Below, one piece after another: positions 1-9,861 of a DNA stretch of 40,000 nucleotides (positions within the stretch are counted from its first letter, which is position 1; every line of letters starts with the position of its first letter). A program made the translations under genes and the position numbers. Where the stretch lies: the NCBI GenBank assembly GCA_963739335.1, contig CAVUAC010000051.1, forward strand, positions 99,500-139,499. Direction: 5' to 3'. Below the pieces are notes generated by a model. It worked only from the letters and a program-made list of their open reading frames with translations, made no database searches and was not told where the DNA came from. Source of the DNA: an uncultured Bacteroidota bacterium (lineage in GTDB: Bacteria > Bacteroidota > Ignavibacteria > UBA10030).

Positions 1-423
1 TACGAGCCATCTCGATCAATCTTGAGGAGCGTGATGAGCTTAGGATTCTCCTTGTTCTTGTCCGTCAAGAACTTCCGCAGACTCTTTCTGCTCAATGCGG
101 TTCGCGGGCTCGGTGCCAATGTTCCAGAAGACCTCAGCAATTTTCACACCACTGGGATCTCTGGTCAGAGCGGGAGCCACACGAATCGTCAGCAGATTTG
201 ATTCAGCGACCTCAACCTGCGACTTCTCATCCGGTGGAAGGTTCAATTCCATCGTCTGAGGCTTGCTGAAGTACGTCGTGAGCATGAAGAACGTCAATAA
301 AAGAAACGCAACGTCCACCATCGGCGTCATATCGATCCGAATACTCAGGCGGCGTTTCTTCTTGTGCTTCTTCCCTGCACGAGCATGACTTCTCGATTCA
401 CCACCACTTTCAACTGCTGCCAT
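1..423 (-). CDS. exbD: ExbD/TolR-family biopolymer transport protein; apparent frame change near 80-90, 3' end runs off the window
   Basis: ORF 40..423 has a basic N-terminus followed by the ExbD/TolR TM signature RIDMTPMVDVAFLLLTFFMLTT. A second minus-strand frame over bases 1..~90 reads SLRKFLTDKNKENPKLITLLKIDRDGS. This parallels the C-terminal NPKLRTLVKGDKEAPYG of the adjacent paralog, so the stop at 40..42 looks like the result of a frameshift. Confidence 0.8.
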
Positions 424-439
424 AGATAGACTCCATTAA

Positions 440-905
440 TTAGTTTTTCTCGAATTCCGTGACGAGATTGAAACGCGTGATTTTCACCTGACGCAGAATG
501 TCAAGGACATCCTCGATTGGACCATAGGGCGCTTCTTTGTCTCCCTTAACGAGGGTCCGCAGTTTCGGATTCTGAGATTCTCGCCTGAATGAGCAGATCA
601 TGAAGGGCCCTGCGGTCAACTTCCATGGAGGGCCTCAGCTTGTTGGACTCGCCAAATAGCTGTGCGCGCAAGCTCTGCGCATCAACTCCCAAAAACGTCC
701 GTCCTTCCTTGTTCACCGTCACAACCATAACGTCCGTTTCGGGCATTTTGACGAGCGCGTGAGAAGCTGGGAGCTCGATTGCTGTCGCCTCTTCCGGACG
801 GAACTGCGTCGTCATCATGAAGAACGTCAGCAAGAGCATCGCCACGTCCACCATCGGTGTCATATCGATCTTAAACCCGACGCGTTTTTTCTTGATTTTT
901 GGCAT
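440..905 (-). CDS. exbD: ExbD/TolR-family biopolymer transport protein; apparent frame change near 568-578
   Basis: ORF 546..905 starts MPKIKKKRVGFKIDMTPMVDVAMLLLTFFMMTTQF (ExbD signature). Another minus frame from ~575 down to the TAA at 440..442 reads NPKLRTLVKGDKEAPYGPIEDVLDILRQVKITRFNLVTEFEKN, a typical ExbD periplasmic C-terminus. Total length is 466 nt (3n+1), consistent with a 1-nt indel. Confidence 0.8.
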
Positions 906-919
906 GGCTTGCCCTCACC

Positions 920-1660
920 TTATTTGGATTTTCCAGCAGGAAATTTCTCTGCGAGTGACTGAACGATCGAATAGCTGGCTTCGTCAATCATATAAGTGAA
1001 ATTGTCAACCTTTGTTGTGAAGAAGTTGTAGGCCAGAATACCACCAATTGCTGCGATGAGACCACCAGCAGTGTTAACCAGAGCTTCCGAGATACCGAGC
1101 GCAAGCGCGACGGCATCCGGTGAACCGGCCTTGGACATAGCACGGAATGAACGAATCATCCCCAGCACTGTGCCGAGCAGACCCCACATCGTGGCGATCG
1201 ACGCAATCGTGGACAGTGCAACAAGGTTCTTCTCGAGCAACGGCACTTCAAGCAGCATGGCTTCTTCGATGGCGCGCTGGACTTCTGCCATCATCTCCTT
1301 CTGACCCTTCACATCACCTTCATGAACAAGCATTTTGTACTTGTCCAGGCCGGCCCGAATGATGTTCGCGCAGGAACCCCGCTGCTTATCGCACGCGGCG
1401 ATACCACCTCGATGTTGCCTTTATTGATTTCCTGCGTAACGTTCTTCAAGAACACGGCGAGTGAACCGCGTCCCTGGGCCTTCCGCAGAGAGAAAATGCG
1501 CTCTAAAATAAATGTGACCACCATGATCGTCATCGCGATCAAGCCAATAACCAGCTTGCCACCGTCATAGATGTAATCTGGCAGCGTGTATTCGTAGATG
1601 AAATACGACGGCGACGAACGCGAGAACCAGAACGACCGAGATGAATACAGATTGTTTCAT
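920..1660 (-). CDS. exbB: MotA/TolQ/ExbB-family proton channel protein; two compensating frame changes (~1400-1408 and ~1595-1600)
   Basis: ORF 920..1333 carries the conserved MotA/TolQ/ExbB C-terminal core (LSTIASIATMWGLLGTVLGMIRSF...ALGISEALVNTAGGLIAAI). ORF 1309..1542 gives the first TM region (YEYTLPDYIYDGGKLVIGLIAMTIMVVTFILERIFSLRKAQG). The ATG at 1660 gives the signal-like MKQSVFISVVLVLAFVAVV. Start and end are in the same frame (741 nt) but the middle ~200 nt read in another frame. Confidence 0.8.
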
Positions 1661-1712
1661 AGGTACTCCTTTTGATTATGTGATGAGTAGAAAACGACTG
1701 CAACGACCAAAA

Positions 1713-2054
1713 CTAGAACTTCTTGATTGCCGCATCACGCGTTTCTTCCAGATCAAACACGCTGGCAAGACGCGTGATAACAAACACATTCTGAACACCT
1801 TTCCCCATCTGACACAGCTTGATCTTCCCCCCCGCTTTCGTGTACATCGTGTGAATGCCAACCAAGGCACCAATGCCGGAGCTGTTGATGTACGAAACAC
1901 CGCCCAAATCCAAAACCAACTTCCGGTTTCCCTGCTCCAGCAGATCGCGGGCCTTGGCCTTCAGTTCGTCCGTCTCCTCGCCGCCGATGAGCGAACCACG
2001 CGGCTCAACGACAGCAATTTCCAGGTTGTTCATCGTGGTAACTTTGATTGCCAT
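1713..2054 (-). CDS. STAS-domain protein (SpoIIAA-like anti-sigma-factor antagonist)
   Basis: MAIKVTTMNNLEIAVVEPRGSLIGGEETDELKAKARDLLEQGNRKLVLDLGGVSYINSSGIGALVG fits the STAS/SpoIIAA pattern (LDLxxVxxIdSsGlgaL). The start is placed at the ATG at 2054, which has GGAGGAGGT immediately upstream. Confidence 0.75.
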   Translation of the reverse strand: MAIKVTTMNNLEIAVVEPRGSLIGGEETDELKAKARDLLEQGNRKLVLDLGGVSYINSSGIGALVGIHTMYTKAGGKIKLCQMGKGVQNVFVITRLASVFDLEETRDAAIKKF

Positions 2055-2132
2055 ACCTCCTCCCACTATTTGCGTTAGGGGTGACCACCTGGCTCTTCGC
2101 CAAGCTTTCGTTAATTACTTAATGATTTGGGC

Positions 2133-2148
2133 TGCAATCCCTGTGCCA
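2133..2148 (-). promoter_or_regulatory. sigma-54 (-24/-12) promoter upstream of the STAS-exbB-exbD-exbD genes
   Basis: The minus strand reads TGGCACAGGGATTGCA, an exact match to the RpoN consensus TGGCAC-N5-TTGCA with GG and GC correctly spaced. It lies ~80 nt upstream of the STAS start and in the intergenic region after the NtrC-type regulator. Confidence 0.7.
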
Positions 2149-2230
2149 CGCAAAACTGCAACGAGTGAGCCGGAAATCAAGAGTTGTTCGCGGGTGCGAA
2201 CACAGACGGGCGCAAACCATTGTATTCTGC

Positions 2231-2248
2231 ATTGTCACAATTGACAAT
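2231..2248. promoter_or_regulatory. Perfect 7-4-7 inverted repeat ATTGTCA-CAAT-TGACAAT; candidate enhancer-binding-protein site (UAS)
   Basis: Perfect palindrome read directly, ~85-115 bp upstream of the sigma-54 promoter on the minus strand, which is the usual UAS distance. A second inverted repeat, GTTCGC-GGGT-GCGAAC, lies at 2186..2201. Confidence 0.4.
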
Positions 2249-2324
2249 AGTCGCGGAATTCCGATAACTCATTAGAAATAAATCGGTTGGGTCACCCTGC
2301 AAATTGCAAGGCGAGGGGAGGACT

Positions 2325-3653
2325 TCAAAGACCGTATTTCTTCCTCTTGCGCCACAAGGTTGCCGGATCTATACCCAGGATCCGCGCGGCCTCATCATAG
2401 TCCTTTGCCTGCTGCATCACACGCTTGATGTGGAGTTTCTCCATCTCCTCAAGCGAACGCACATCACCGGGTTGCTCCAAAGCAACTTGCACTTCCTGCG
2501 GGAGATGAATCAAATCCACCAACCCATTCTGAGCCAACAACACCGATCGTTCGATGACATGCTCGAGCTCACGAACGTTGCCACTCCATCGATAAGCCCG
2601 AAGAGCTTTCATCGCCTCCGGCGCCAGATCGATCGTCGTCTCTTTTGCGTACTTCTTCATGAAGTGGTGAATGAGAACTGGAAGATCCTCCATCCGATCA
2701 CGCAACGGAACGAGCTTGAGACGGACGGCGTTGAGCCGATAGAACAAGTCTTCACGAAATGCACCTTCTTTCATTGCTTCTTCCAGATTTCGATTCGTCG
2801 CTGCGATCACACGAACGTCTACTTTTCTTGGCTCACTTTCCCCCAGACGTTCAAACTCCTTGTTTTGAAGAACTCGTAATAGCTTACCTTGAATGCCCAA
2901 CGTGAGATCTGCAATTTCATCCAAAAAGATCGTCCCATTGTCTGCCAGCTCGAATCGACCTTGCCGGTCTTTTACTGCTCCCGTGAATGCGCCACGCACG
3001 TGACCGAAGAGTTCGCTCTCGAGCAGCTGCTCGGGAATCGCCGCGCAGTTCACTTTCACAAATGGCTGTTGCCACCGCGAGCTCTTCTCGTGGATAAAAT
3101 GAGCAAAGAGCTCCTTCCCTGTTCCGCTCTCCCCCTCGATCATCACCGAGATCGTGCTATCGGCCACCCGCGCGGCCAGATCGATCTGCGCAAGCATCTC
3201 CCGGTTCCGCGTAGTCAGATCTCCCGTGTCTCGCGCAACGCCCAGCTGATTCCGAAGCTCCTGCACCTCCATCGTGAGTTGATGATATTCCCAGGCCTTT
3301 TGAGCGAACAGCTGCAATTCCTTGAAATCAAATGGCTTCTGCAAGTAATGGTACGCGCCGCGTTTCACAGCCTCAATGGCGCTATCGATCGAGCCGTGGG
3401 CGGTAATGATAATCACCGTCGTTTCGGGCGAGAACTTCTTGATTTCTGCCAGAAATTCCATTCCGTCAATCGGCGCCATTTTCAAATCAACGAACGCGAG
3501 ATCGAACTTCTCCCGGTGAAGCGCCGCGAGGCCCTCCTGCGGCTTCAAGAACAACTGCGTCGGATAGCCAATCGCGGTGAAGCACACACCCATCGTCTTC
3601 AGGATGTTCGGCTCGTCATCGACAACAAGCACTTTGGGCGATGCAGATGTCAT
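2325..3653 (-). CDS. sigma-54-dependent Fis-family response regulator (NtrC-type: receiver + AAA+ + HTH)
   Basis: Receiver domain ([13 protein letters not shown]...[11 protein letters not shown]), Walker A GESGTGKE, the sigma-54 contact motif GAFTGA, and a C-terminal Fis-type HTH ([21 protein letters not shown]). Overlaps the kinase gene by 4 nt. Confidence 0.92.
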   Translation of the reverse strand: MTSASPKVLVVDDEPNILKTMGVCFTAIGYPTQLFLKPQEGLAALHREKFDLAFVDLKMAPIDGMEFLAEIKKFSPETTVIIITAHGSIDSAIEAVKRGAYHYLQKPFDFKELQLFAQKAWEYHQLTMEVQELRNQLGVARDTGDLTTRNREMLAQIDLAARVADSTISVMIEGESGTGKELFAHFIHEKSSRWQQPFVKVNCAAIPEQLLESELFGHVRGAFTGAVKDRQGRFELADNGTIFLDEIADLTLGIQGKLLRVLQNKEFERLGESEPRKVDVRVIAATNRNLEEAMKEGAFREDLFYRLNAVRLKLVPLRDRMEDLPVLIHHFMKKYAKETTIDLAPEAMKALRAYRWSGNVRELEHVIERSVLLAQNGLVDLIHLPQEVQVALEQPGDVRSLEEMEKLHIKRVMQQAKDYDEAARILGIDPATLWRKRKKYGL

Positions 3654-5554
3654 CGGGAATTCCTCTCTGACCGCGGAATAGTAAAGAAAAACGTACTCCC
3701 CTTCCCAACACTGCTCTCCACCCAGATCTTGCCACCGTGGGCTTCAACGACCTCCTTCGCGATCGCCAGCCCCAACCCCACACTCCCAGGGGTTGCATCT
3801 GTAGACTGCTTCACCTGGACGAACTTATCGAAGATTACTTCGATTGCATCTGCTGGGATTCCTCGCCCCGAATCTTTGACCGAAATACGCACAGAATCAT
3901 CGATCAAATCTGAGCGAATCGTCACTGTGCCATCCGCAGGTGTATACCGCAGGGCATTGCTGACGAGATTGGTGATAACCCAGGAGAGCTGCTGGTGATC
4001 TCCGCGTATTTCACCCATCTCTTGCGGAATTTCCGTTTCCAGGTGAATGCTTCTCTCTCGGAACTGAAGGCGAAGCGGCTTCAAGGCTTCATCAACGAGC
4101 AAGCGAAGATTGATGATCTCCCGTTTCAATTCGTACTTGCCTGATTCCAGCCTGGAGAGATCAAGCAATTCCTTGACAAGTTTTGTGAGGCGCTCACAGT
4201 CGTCCTTGGCCGTGGCAAGCATATCGCGCTGCGGTGCGTTGACCACGCCGAGGACTTCCTGTGACAGGATATCCACAGCCATATTGATGGAGGTCAACGG
4301 GGTGCGAAGCTCATGCGAGACAGTCGCAATGAACTCGGATTTCATCCTGTCCAGGTTCTTGAATCGTGTTACATCCTGAAGCAGTGTCACTACACCAAGA
4401 ATATTTCTTGACTCATCGACGATCGTTGTTTGCCGTGGACGGAAATAGAGCATCTGTTTGCCCGGCTGCTGGATCGACAGCAATGTCTCATGCCTTGCAA
4501 GCTCGTCCTCGCTGATGCCACTGCGACTCAACAATTCCCGCCAGCGCTGGTCGGCGACAATCTGGTCGAACGGCTTCTCTTTCCAGTCTGTTCCGCGAAT
4601 ATGAAGCAAGCGCAGGGCGGCCTGGTTCATCAGCAGAAGGTTATTCGCCTTGTCCGTCATGATCACAGGATCAGGAATGCTGGCGACGATGGCCTCCGAT
4701 TTCTTCTTTTCGGCGATGAGCTGGGAAACGTTCATCTCCTCATACATCCTCAGTCGCTCTGTCATCTTGTTGAACTCGCTCCCCAGTTCACCGATTTCGT
4801 CATTCGTGGTAATGTCGATTTTCTGATTCAACTGGCCTCGTCCGATCCGGCGAGCAGCCTCCGTGAGTTTTTCCGCAGGCCTGATAATGGTCCGTGTGAT
4901 CTGAACGCTCGCAAAGAGAATCAGCACGATCGCAAAGATCGAAGTGAAGAGAACAGCGAATGCAGCGTTGTTCGATGCTACTTTTGCCCTCTTATCAGCG
5001 GAAGAAATCGCTGCCTGGTTGAAGTCCAGAAAGCGCACACATTGACCTCGCAACATCTGCACGAGAGGTTTCAGGGTTCTCTGCTGGAGGTCCCGAGCAC
5101 TTGCGCGCTTGACTTTGTTCTCGAGAATCTTGAAAAACGAGTTGGAGAATTCAAGGAACGTCCCGTAGCCGCGACGGATGCTGTCGAGCACCGGTGGCTT
5201 GGGGGCTACGATGACACTATCGGTCGCGGCAACATACCATTTCAAAAAGTCGTCTCGGTTCTTGTTGAAGATCACCTTCGCAGAGCTCAGTTCATCACCC
5301 AATTCTACTTCCCTCAGCCTTACTCCGCCGAGTGGAACACTGACATAGATCAACGCTTCCTGGGTGTTCTGCTGCTGCTCAAGAGCTTTGGACATGTACT
5401 CAGCCGCCAGAACGCTTTGGTAGTTCTCACGGATCATTTGCCCAACCGAGCTCTGGAGCTCGAGAAAGTTGTACAGAGCCACAACGCTGGATGCAAGGCT
5501 TACGCATACCAGCAGAAAGTAGCTGAACCCTATCTTATAACGAAGACTGCTCAT
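3650..5554 (-). CDS. sensor histidine kinase (TM - HAMP - PAS - HisKA - HATPase_c)
   Basis: Two TM segments flank a ~170-aa periplasmic region. HAMP ([18 protein letters not shown]), H-box [10 protein letters not shown], and G-boxes DSGRGIP and [19 protein letters not shown] are present. Confidence 0.92.
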   Translation of the reverse strand: MSSLRYKIGFSYFLLVCVSLASSVVALYNFLELQSSVGQMIRENYQSVLAAEYMSKALEQQQNTQEALIYVSVPLGGVRLREVELGDELSSAKVIFNKNRDDFLKWYVAATDSVIVAPKPPVLDSIRRGYGTFLEFSNSFFKILENKVKRASARDLQQRTLKPLVQMLRGQCVRFLDFNQAAISSADKRAKVASNNAAFAVLFTSIFAIVLILFASVQITRTIIRPAEKLTEAARRIGRGQLNQKIDITTNDEIGELGSEFNKMTERLRMYEEMNVSQLIAEKKKSEAIVASIPDPVIMTDKANNLLLMNQAALRLLHIRGTDWKEKPFDQIVADQRWRELLSRSGISEDELARHETLLSIQQPGKQMLYFRPRQTTIVDESRNILGVVTLLQDVTRFKNLDRMKSEFIATVSHELRTPLTSINMAVDILSQEVLGVVNAPQRDMLATAKDDCERLTKLVKELLDLSRLESGKYELKREIINLRLLVDEALKPLRLQFRERSIHLETEIPQEMGEIRGDHQQLSWVITNLVSNALRYTPADGTVTIRSDLIDDSVRISVKDSGRGIPADAIEVIFDKFVQVKQSTDATPGSVGLGLAIAKEVVEAHGGKIWVESSVGKGSTFFFTIPRSERNSR

Positions 5555-5785
5555 TCCGGCAAAAAGTATTGCTTTTTCGCCCTAAAGGCAAAGCTCCGCA
5601 ATCCTGTCAGTTTTGATTGCCTCAGGTCCTCGAATTCAAGCTTTTTTTGGGAATTTGACGTCTCAGTTGTCGCTCAGCGCTGTTCTTTGACGAATCTCAT
5701 GGCATGAAGTATAACTTTTTGCTTAACTTCATCGTATAAACTGACCGATAGTCATTCATTAAACTGGGGTGAATTGTGGGTACCC

Positions 5786-6449
5786 ATGAGAGAAAGAGAG
5801 AGAAAAAGAACACCGACGGGAAGACATTCTGGACGCCGCCCAGCGCGTGTTCTTCGAAAAGGGCTTGGCGACAGCCACGATGGACGACATCGCCGAGATT
5901 GCTGAGTTGAGCAAAGGCACCCTTTATCTTTACTACAAGAGCAAGGAAGATCTGTACCTCGCGGTGATGATGCGAGGGATGCAGATCCTTCTTGACATGT
6001 TCTCAAAGATCACGAAATCCGCTGAATCTCCCGCCAAGATGCTGATTCGTCTTAGCGACGCATACTTCGCTTACTTTGACAGCCACAGGGATTATTTCCG
6101 CATGATGCACTTTCTTCAGACCCCGCAGTTCCACAAGCAGGTCTCTGAAGAGTTGATGCACAGCTGCAGCATCCTGAATCAACACATCTGGGCATTGGCA
6201 AATGGAATTCTCCAACGATGCATCGACGGGGGAATCCTCCGCAAGGATATCAATCCCACCCAAGTCGGCCTCATCCTGTGGTCAAGCGCAACGGCTTTGA
6301 TGCTGCGCCTTGACAGTGAACACGAAGTCTGGACCAAAATATTCAACATCGACCTTGCTCAAACTCTCAAGCTTTCTAATAGCCTGTTGTTTGACGCTAT
6401 TTGTACAGAACAAGGAAGACGTGAATTAGCTTCTCTATCAAACTCTTGA
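5786..6449 (+). CDS. TetR/AcrR-family transcriptional regulator; frame change inside purine tract ~5799-5810
   Basis: HTH ATMDDIAEIAELSKGTLYLYYKSKEDLY. The conserved helix-1 residues (KEHRREDILDAAQRVFFEKG) are in frame with ORF 5847..6449 but have no start codon. The only ATG (5786, MRERER...) is one frame off across GAGAGAAAAAGAA. Confidence 0.8.
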
Positions 6450-6468
6450 CAATACTAACGAGGGATAC

Positions 6469-7885
6469 ATGAACCTGCGATGTAAATCACTGATAATTCT
6501 GCACATCATTTTCGGGACGGCGCTCCTCTCGTCCACCGCTCAAGCGCAAGCTCCGGCGGAACGACACCTCTCGCTGGAAGACGCAGTGCGACTGGCCATG
6601 AGACAGAACCCTGATCTTACCACCGCCCGGCTCGAGGTGAAGCGCTCCGATGCTCGCGTCCTCGAGGCCTGGAGCAATGCTTTGCCTGCGGTCGATTTGT
6701 CGGGACAATACGTCCATATGATCGACAAACCGGTCTCGTTCTTCCCGGACTACTTCCTGTACAGTTTTCTGAAGGGGATCGACTCGACCATACCGAAACC
6801 GACAGGACAACTGGTTCCGATCTCGTTCGCACCTGGCTTCACCGCCAGCGCGACACTCAACATCCGGCAGATCCTGTTCAACGGAGCAGTTTTTGTTGGC
6901 GTAGGCGCAGCGCACATTTACTCCCATCTTGCCCGGGACCTCTATCAGGCAAAGCAAGTCGAGACGGTGACGAAGGTACGGAAAGCGTACTACGGAGCAC
7001 TCCTTGCGCACGAGGCACTGGAGCTGATGCATTCAAGCCTGCAGAACGCTGAAGACAATCTCAAGAACGTCCGCCTCATGATGAAGCAGGGAATTGTCTC
7101 GGAGTACCGATGAACTACGCGCCTCGGTGGGGGTTGAGAACCTTCGGCCCATGGTCATTCAGAGTGAAACCAACTTCGACCTCTCTCTCGACAATCTTCG
7201 CAATACCATTGGAGTAACCAACAAGGAGAATTTTCTCCTCACCGATAGCCTGTCGTTCCGGACCGTCGACGAAGGCATCCTATCACGGGCTGAGGCGCTC
7301 GTACTCGAACTGAATCCAAACCTGAGCGCCGTCAAACGCCAGATCGAGCTGAATGGGGCTGTTGTGAATGCCGAGCGCTCAAACTACTTGCCTACCATCG
7401 CGGCGTTCGGCTCATATCAGTATCAGGCAGCAAAGGAACAGTTCAACTTTTCCACGAATGACTTCTACAAAGGTTCAAACGTCGGATTGTCGGTTTCTTT
7501 GAACCTTTTCCAGGGCCTCCAGACCTACGCCCGTGTCGAGCAAGCCCAGCTGGAAGAGCGAAAAAGTCAAGAGCAACAGGTCAGCCTCGAAAGATCCTTG
7601 CAAACGGGACTGCATTCAATCCTTGGAAACCTGCAGCAGGCACGCAAGCGAGTCGAGGCACAGGGCAAGACTATTGAAATGGCCGATCGCGGCTACAAGA
7701 TTGTAACGACGAGGTTTCTCAGCAGTGCAGCCACACAGCTGGAGGTCAACGACGCCCAACTCGCTTTGACCCAGGCAAAAGTCAATCGCATGCAAGCCAT
7801 CTATGATTATCTTATCGCGTCGGCCGACCTCGATCAGCTCATCGGCCGACTGCCGAGCTACGCCCTCGAAAGTGAAGAAAAGTAA
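6469..7885 (+). CDS. TolC-like outer-membrane efflux protein; frame change near 7107
   Basis: Signal peptide (LLSSTAQAQA), then typical OEP repeats (LSLEDAVRLAMRQNPDL; LEVNDAQLALTQAKVNRMQAIYDYLIASADLDQLIG). The two ORFs 6469..7113 and 7094..7885 join as ...QGIVSEY/DELRASVG... if one C is removed from GAGTACCGATGAA. Confidence 0.82.
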
Positions 7886-7909
7886 ACTACCGACAGAAGG
7901 AACACATCC

Positions 7910-8957
7910 ATGAAAAGTATAAAACGGATTTCTGCAACGACTCTCATAGTCCTGAGTGGCCTCATGTTGCCTTCGTGCGGCAAGCCCGGGGCAGACAATA
8001 ACAGCAATACCATACAGCCGGTGAACGTGAAGGTAGAGATCCTGAAACCATCGCGCCTTGTGGACGGCCTCCAAGTGGCAGGGACGGTCAAGGCCTATGA
8101 GGACGTCAATATGAGTCCCGAAGAAGGGGGCGTGGTAAAAGAATGGAAGGCCAAGAAGGGCGATCATGTGAAGAAGGGAGACCTCATCGTTATGCTCAGA
8201 GACGAAGTGATGAAAGCGAGCTATGATGCGGCATCTGCGCAGTATAAGATGGCCGAACTCAACCTCGAAAAACAGCGCAAGGTGTTTGATGAGCAGGGCA
8301 TCAGCGAGCTTCAGCTGAAGAACCTTGAGTACAGCCGCGACGCAGCGAAGGCCAATGCAGACCTGATGAAGGCTCGGTGGGAACGAACGCAGCTTCGAAG
8401 CCCCATCGACGGGATTGTCGACAACACGATTCCGAACGAAGGCGATTTTGCACCTCCGGGTATTCCGATCGCCCGGGTCGTCAACACCTCGACCATCAAG
8501 ATTCAGGCGGATGTCCCCGAATTGTACTCGGCCTCCGTTCCCCTCGGCGCACCAGCCATCATCACGTTTGATGCTCTGCCCGGTGATACGCTCAGGGGCA
8601 AAGTCACATTTGTGGGTTCGACTGTCTCTTCGTCCAACCGCGCGATGCAGGTGGAGATTATTCTCTCCAATCCATTTCACCGAATCAAAGCCGAGATGGT
8701 GGCAGAGGTAAAACTACTGCGCGAGACTAAAACTGAACGCTCTCCTCGTGAGCGAGAACATCATCCAGCTCGTCGACCGTGATCGTTCGATTGTCTATGT
8801 CGAGAACGCAGGCAAAGCTGAAGAGCGCCGGTTGAAACTCGGCGGCCGCCAGGGAATCATGGTGGAAGTGCTGGAGGGTCTGAATCCCGGTGACCACCTC
8901 ATTGTCACCGGCTACCAAAAGGTCGTCAGTGGTTCACCAGTCATCGTGATGCAATAG
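7910..8957 (+). CDS. efflux RND periplasmic adaptor (MFP/HlyD family); frame change in A4 run 8729-8732
   Basis: Lipoprotein signal (LMLPSCG), lipoyl-like hairpin (GVVKEWKAKKGDHVKKGDLIVML ... LRSPIDGIV), coiled coil, and beta-barrel. The C-terminal piece 8748..8957 continues the protein (LNALLVSENIIQLVDRDRSIVYVEN...) in another frame. Confidence 0.82.
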
Positions 8958-8970
8958 CGGAGAGCCGACC

Positions 8971-9861
8971 ATGAAAATCTGGAGTATTGCAGTAGACAAT
9001 AAGACACGCGGTGTACATCCTGATGGTCATTATCGTCATCTTTGGATGGACCTCGTACAGTGGACTTCCACGCGAAGCGGCCCCCGACGTCAAGATTCCT
9101 CTCGTCATTGTGGCGACGCCTTACATCGGCGTGTCGCCCGTCGACATCGAGGGATTGATCACGCAGCCGCTCGAGCGTGAGCTCAAGGGATTGAAGGACC
9201 TCAAACAGATCACTTCCGTCTCGAAAGAAGGGCTCTCCACGATCCGTGTGGAGTTCAATACGGGAATTGATATTGACGAAGGACTTCGGCGTGTCCGGGA
9301 CAAGGTGAACTCGGCGCGCTCACAGCTCCCAAACGACATTCTCGATCCCGTCATCACGTGAAATCAATATCAGCGAATTTCCGATCATGTACGTCAACAT
9401 CGGCGGCCAGGTTGGATTGGCACGACTGAAGAAAATCGCCGATGATGTGCGTGATGAAATTGAAGCCATCCCCGGTGTGATCAGCGCGGATATTTCTGGC
9501 GGGCTGGAGCCGGAAGTTCAGGTCAACGCTGATGTTTACCGGATGAACGCCTATCAGATAAGCTTCGACGATATCGCAAACGCCATTCGCGGTGAGAATC
9601 TATCCATTCCCGGCGGCTCCATCGACACAAAGGAAAAGAACCTGACCATCCGGATTCCCGGCGAGTTCAAGGAAGTAGACCGCTTGAAGACATCGTGCTG
9701 AAGATGCAGAATGGCAAGCCCATCTACCTGCGCGACGTGGCAAAGGTTGATTATTCGTTCGAAGATCGCCAGACGTATGCTCGCCTTAATCGGAACGGAA
9801 GTCGTGTCGGTAGCACGTCCGCAAACGTGCCGGGGAGAACTTCCTTCGCATCTCGGATGAG
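8971..9861 (+). pseudogene. N-terminal ~300 codons of the RND permease, broken by at least 5 frame changes (~9009, 9359, 9683, 9789, 9812)
   Basis: The pieces MKIWSIAVDNKTR / VYILMVIIVIFGWTSYSGLPREAAPDVKIP... / EINISEFPIMYVNIGG... / EDIVLKMQNGKPIYLRDVAKVDYSFEDRQTYARLN / GTEVVSVA / VRKRAGENFLRISDEV lie in alternating frames. Joined together they read as a normal AcrB-type N-terminus. Confidence 0.75.

Noticed and set aside
920-1660. MotA/ExbB-like plus ExbD-like genes as a Zorya-type (ZorAB) or other MotAB-derived defence system
   Set aside because: Sizes (~245 aa and ~130-155 aa) and the ExbB-ExbD-ExbD order are those of ordinary TonB-energising complexes. No long ZorA-like tail or ZorC/D-type partners are present.
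2889-5707. Long plus-strand ORFs (2889..3998, 369 aa; 4430..5707, 425 aa) overlapping the regulator and kinase genes
   Set aside because: They are antisense shadows of two strongly supported minus-strand genes. Their translations are low-complexity, Arg/Leu/His-rich, and have no motifs.
7616-8680. 354-aa minus-strand ORF across the TolC-like/MFP genes, with similar antisense ORFs inside the RND gene (e.g. 11565..12164) and the GH28 gene (38169..38640, 38826..39518)
   Set aside because: These are antisense to well-supported coding regions. They have no recognisable domains and their composition is typical of shadow ORFs.
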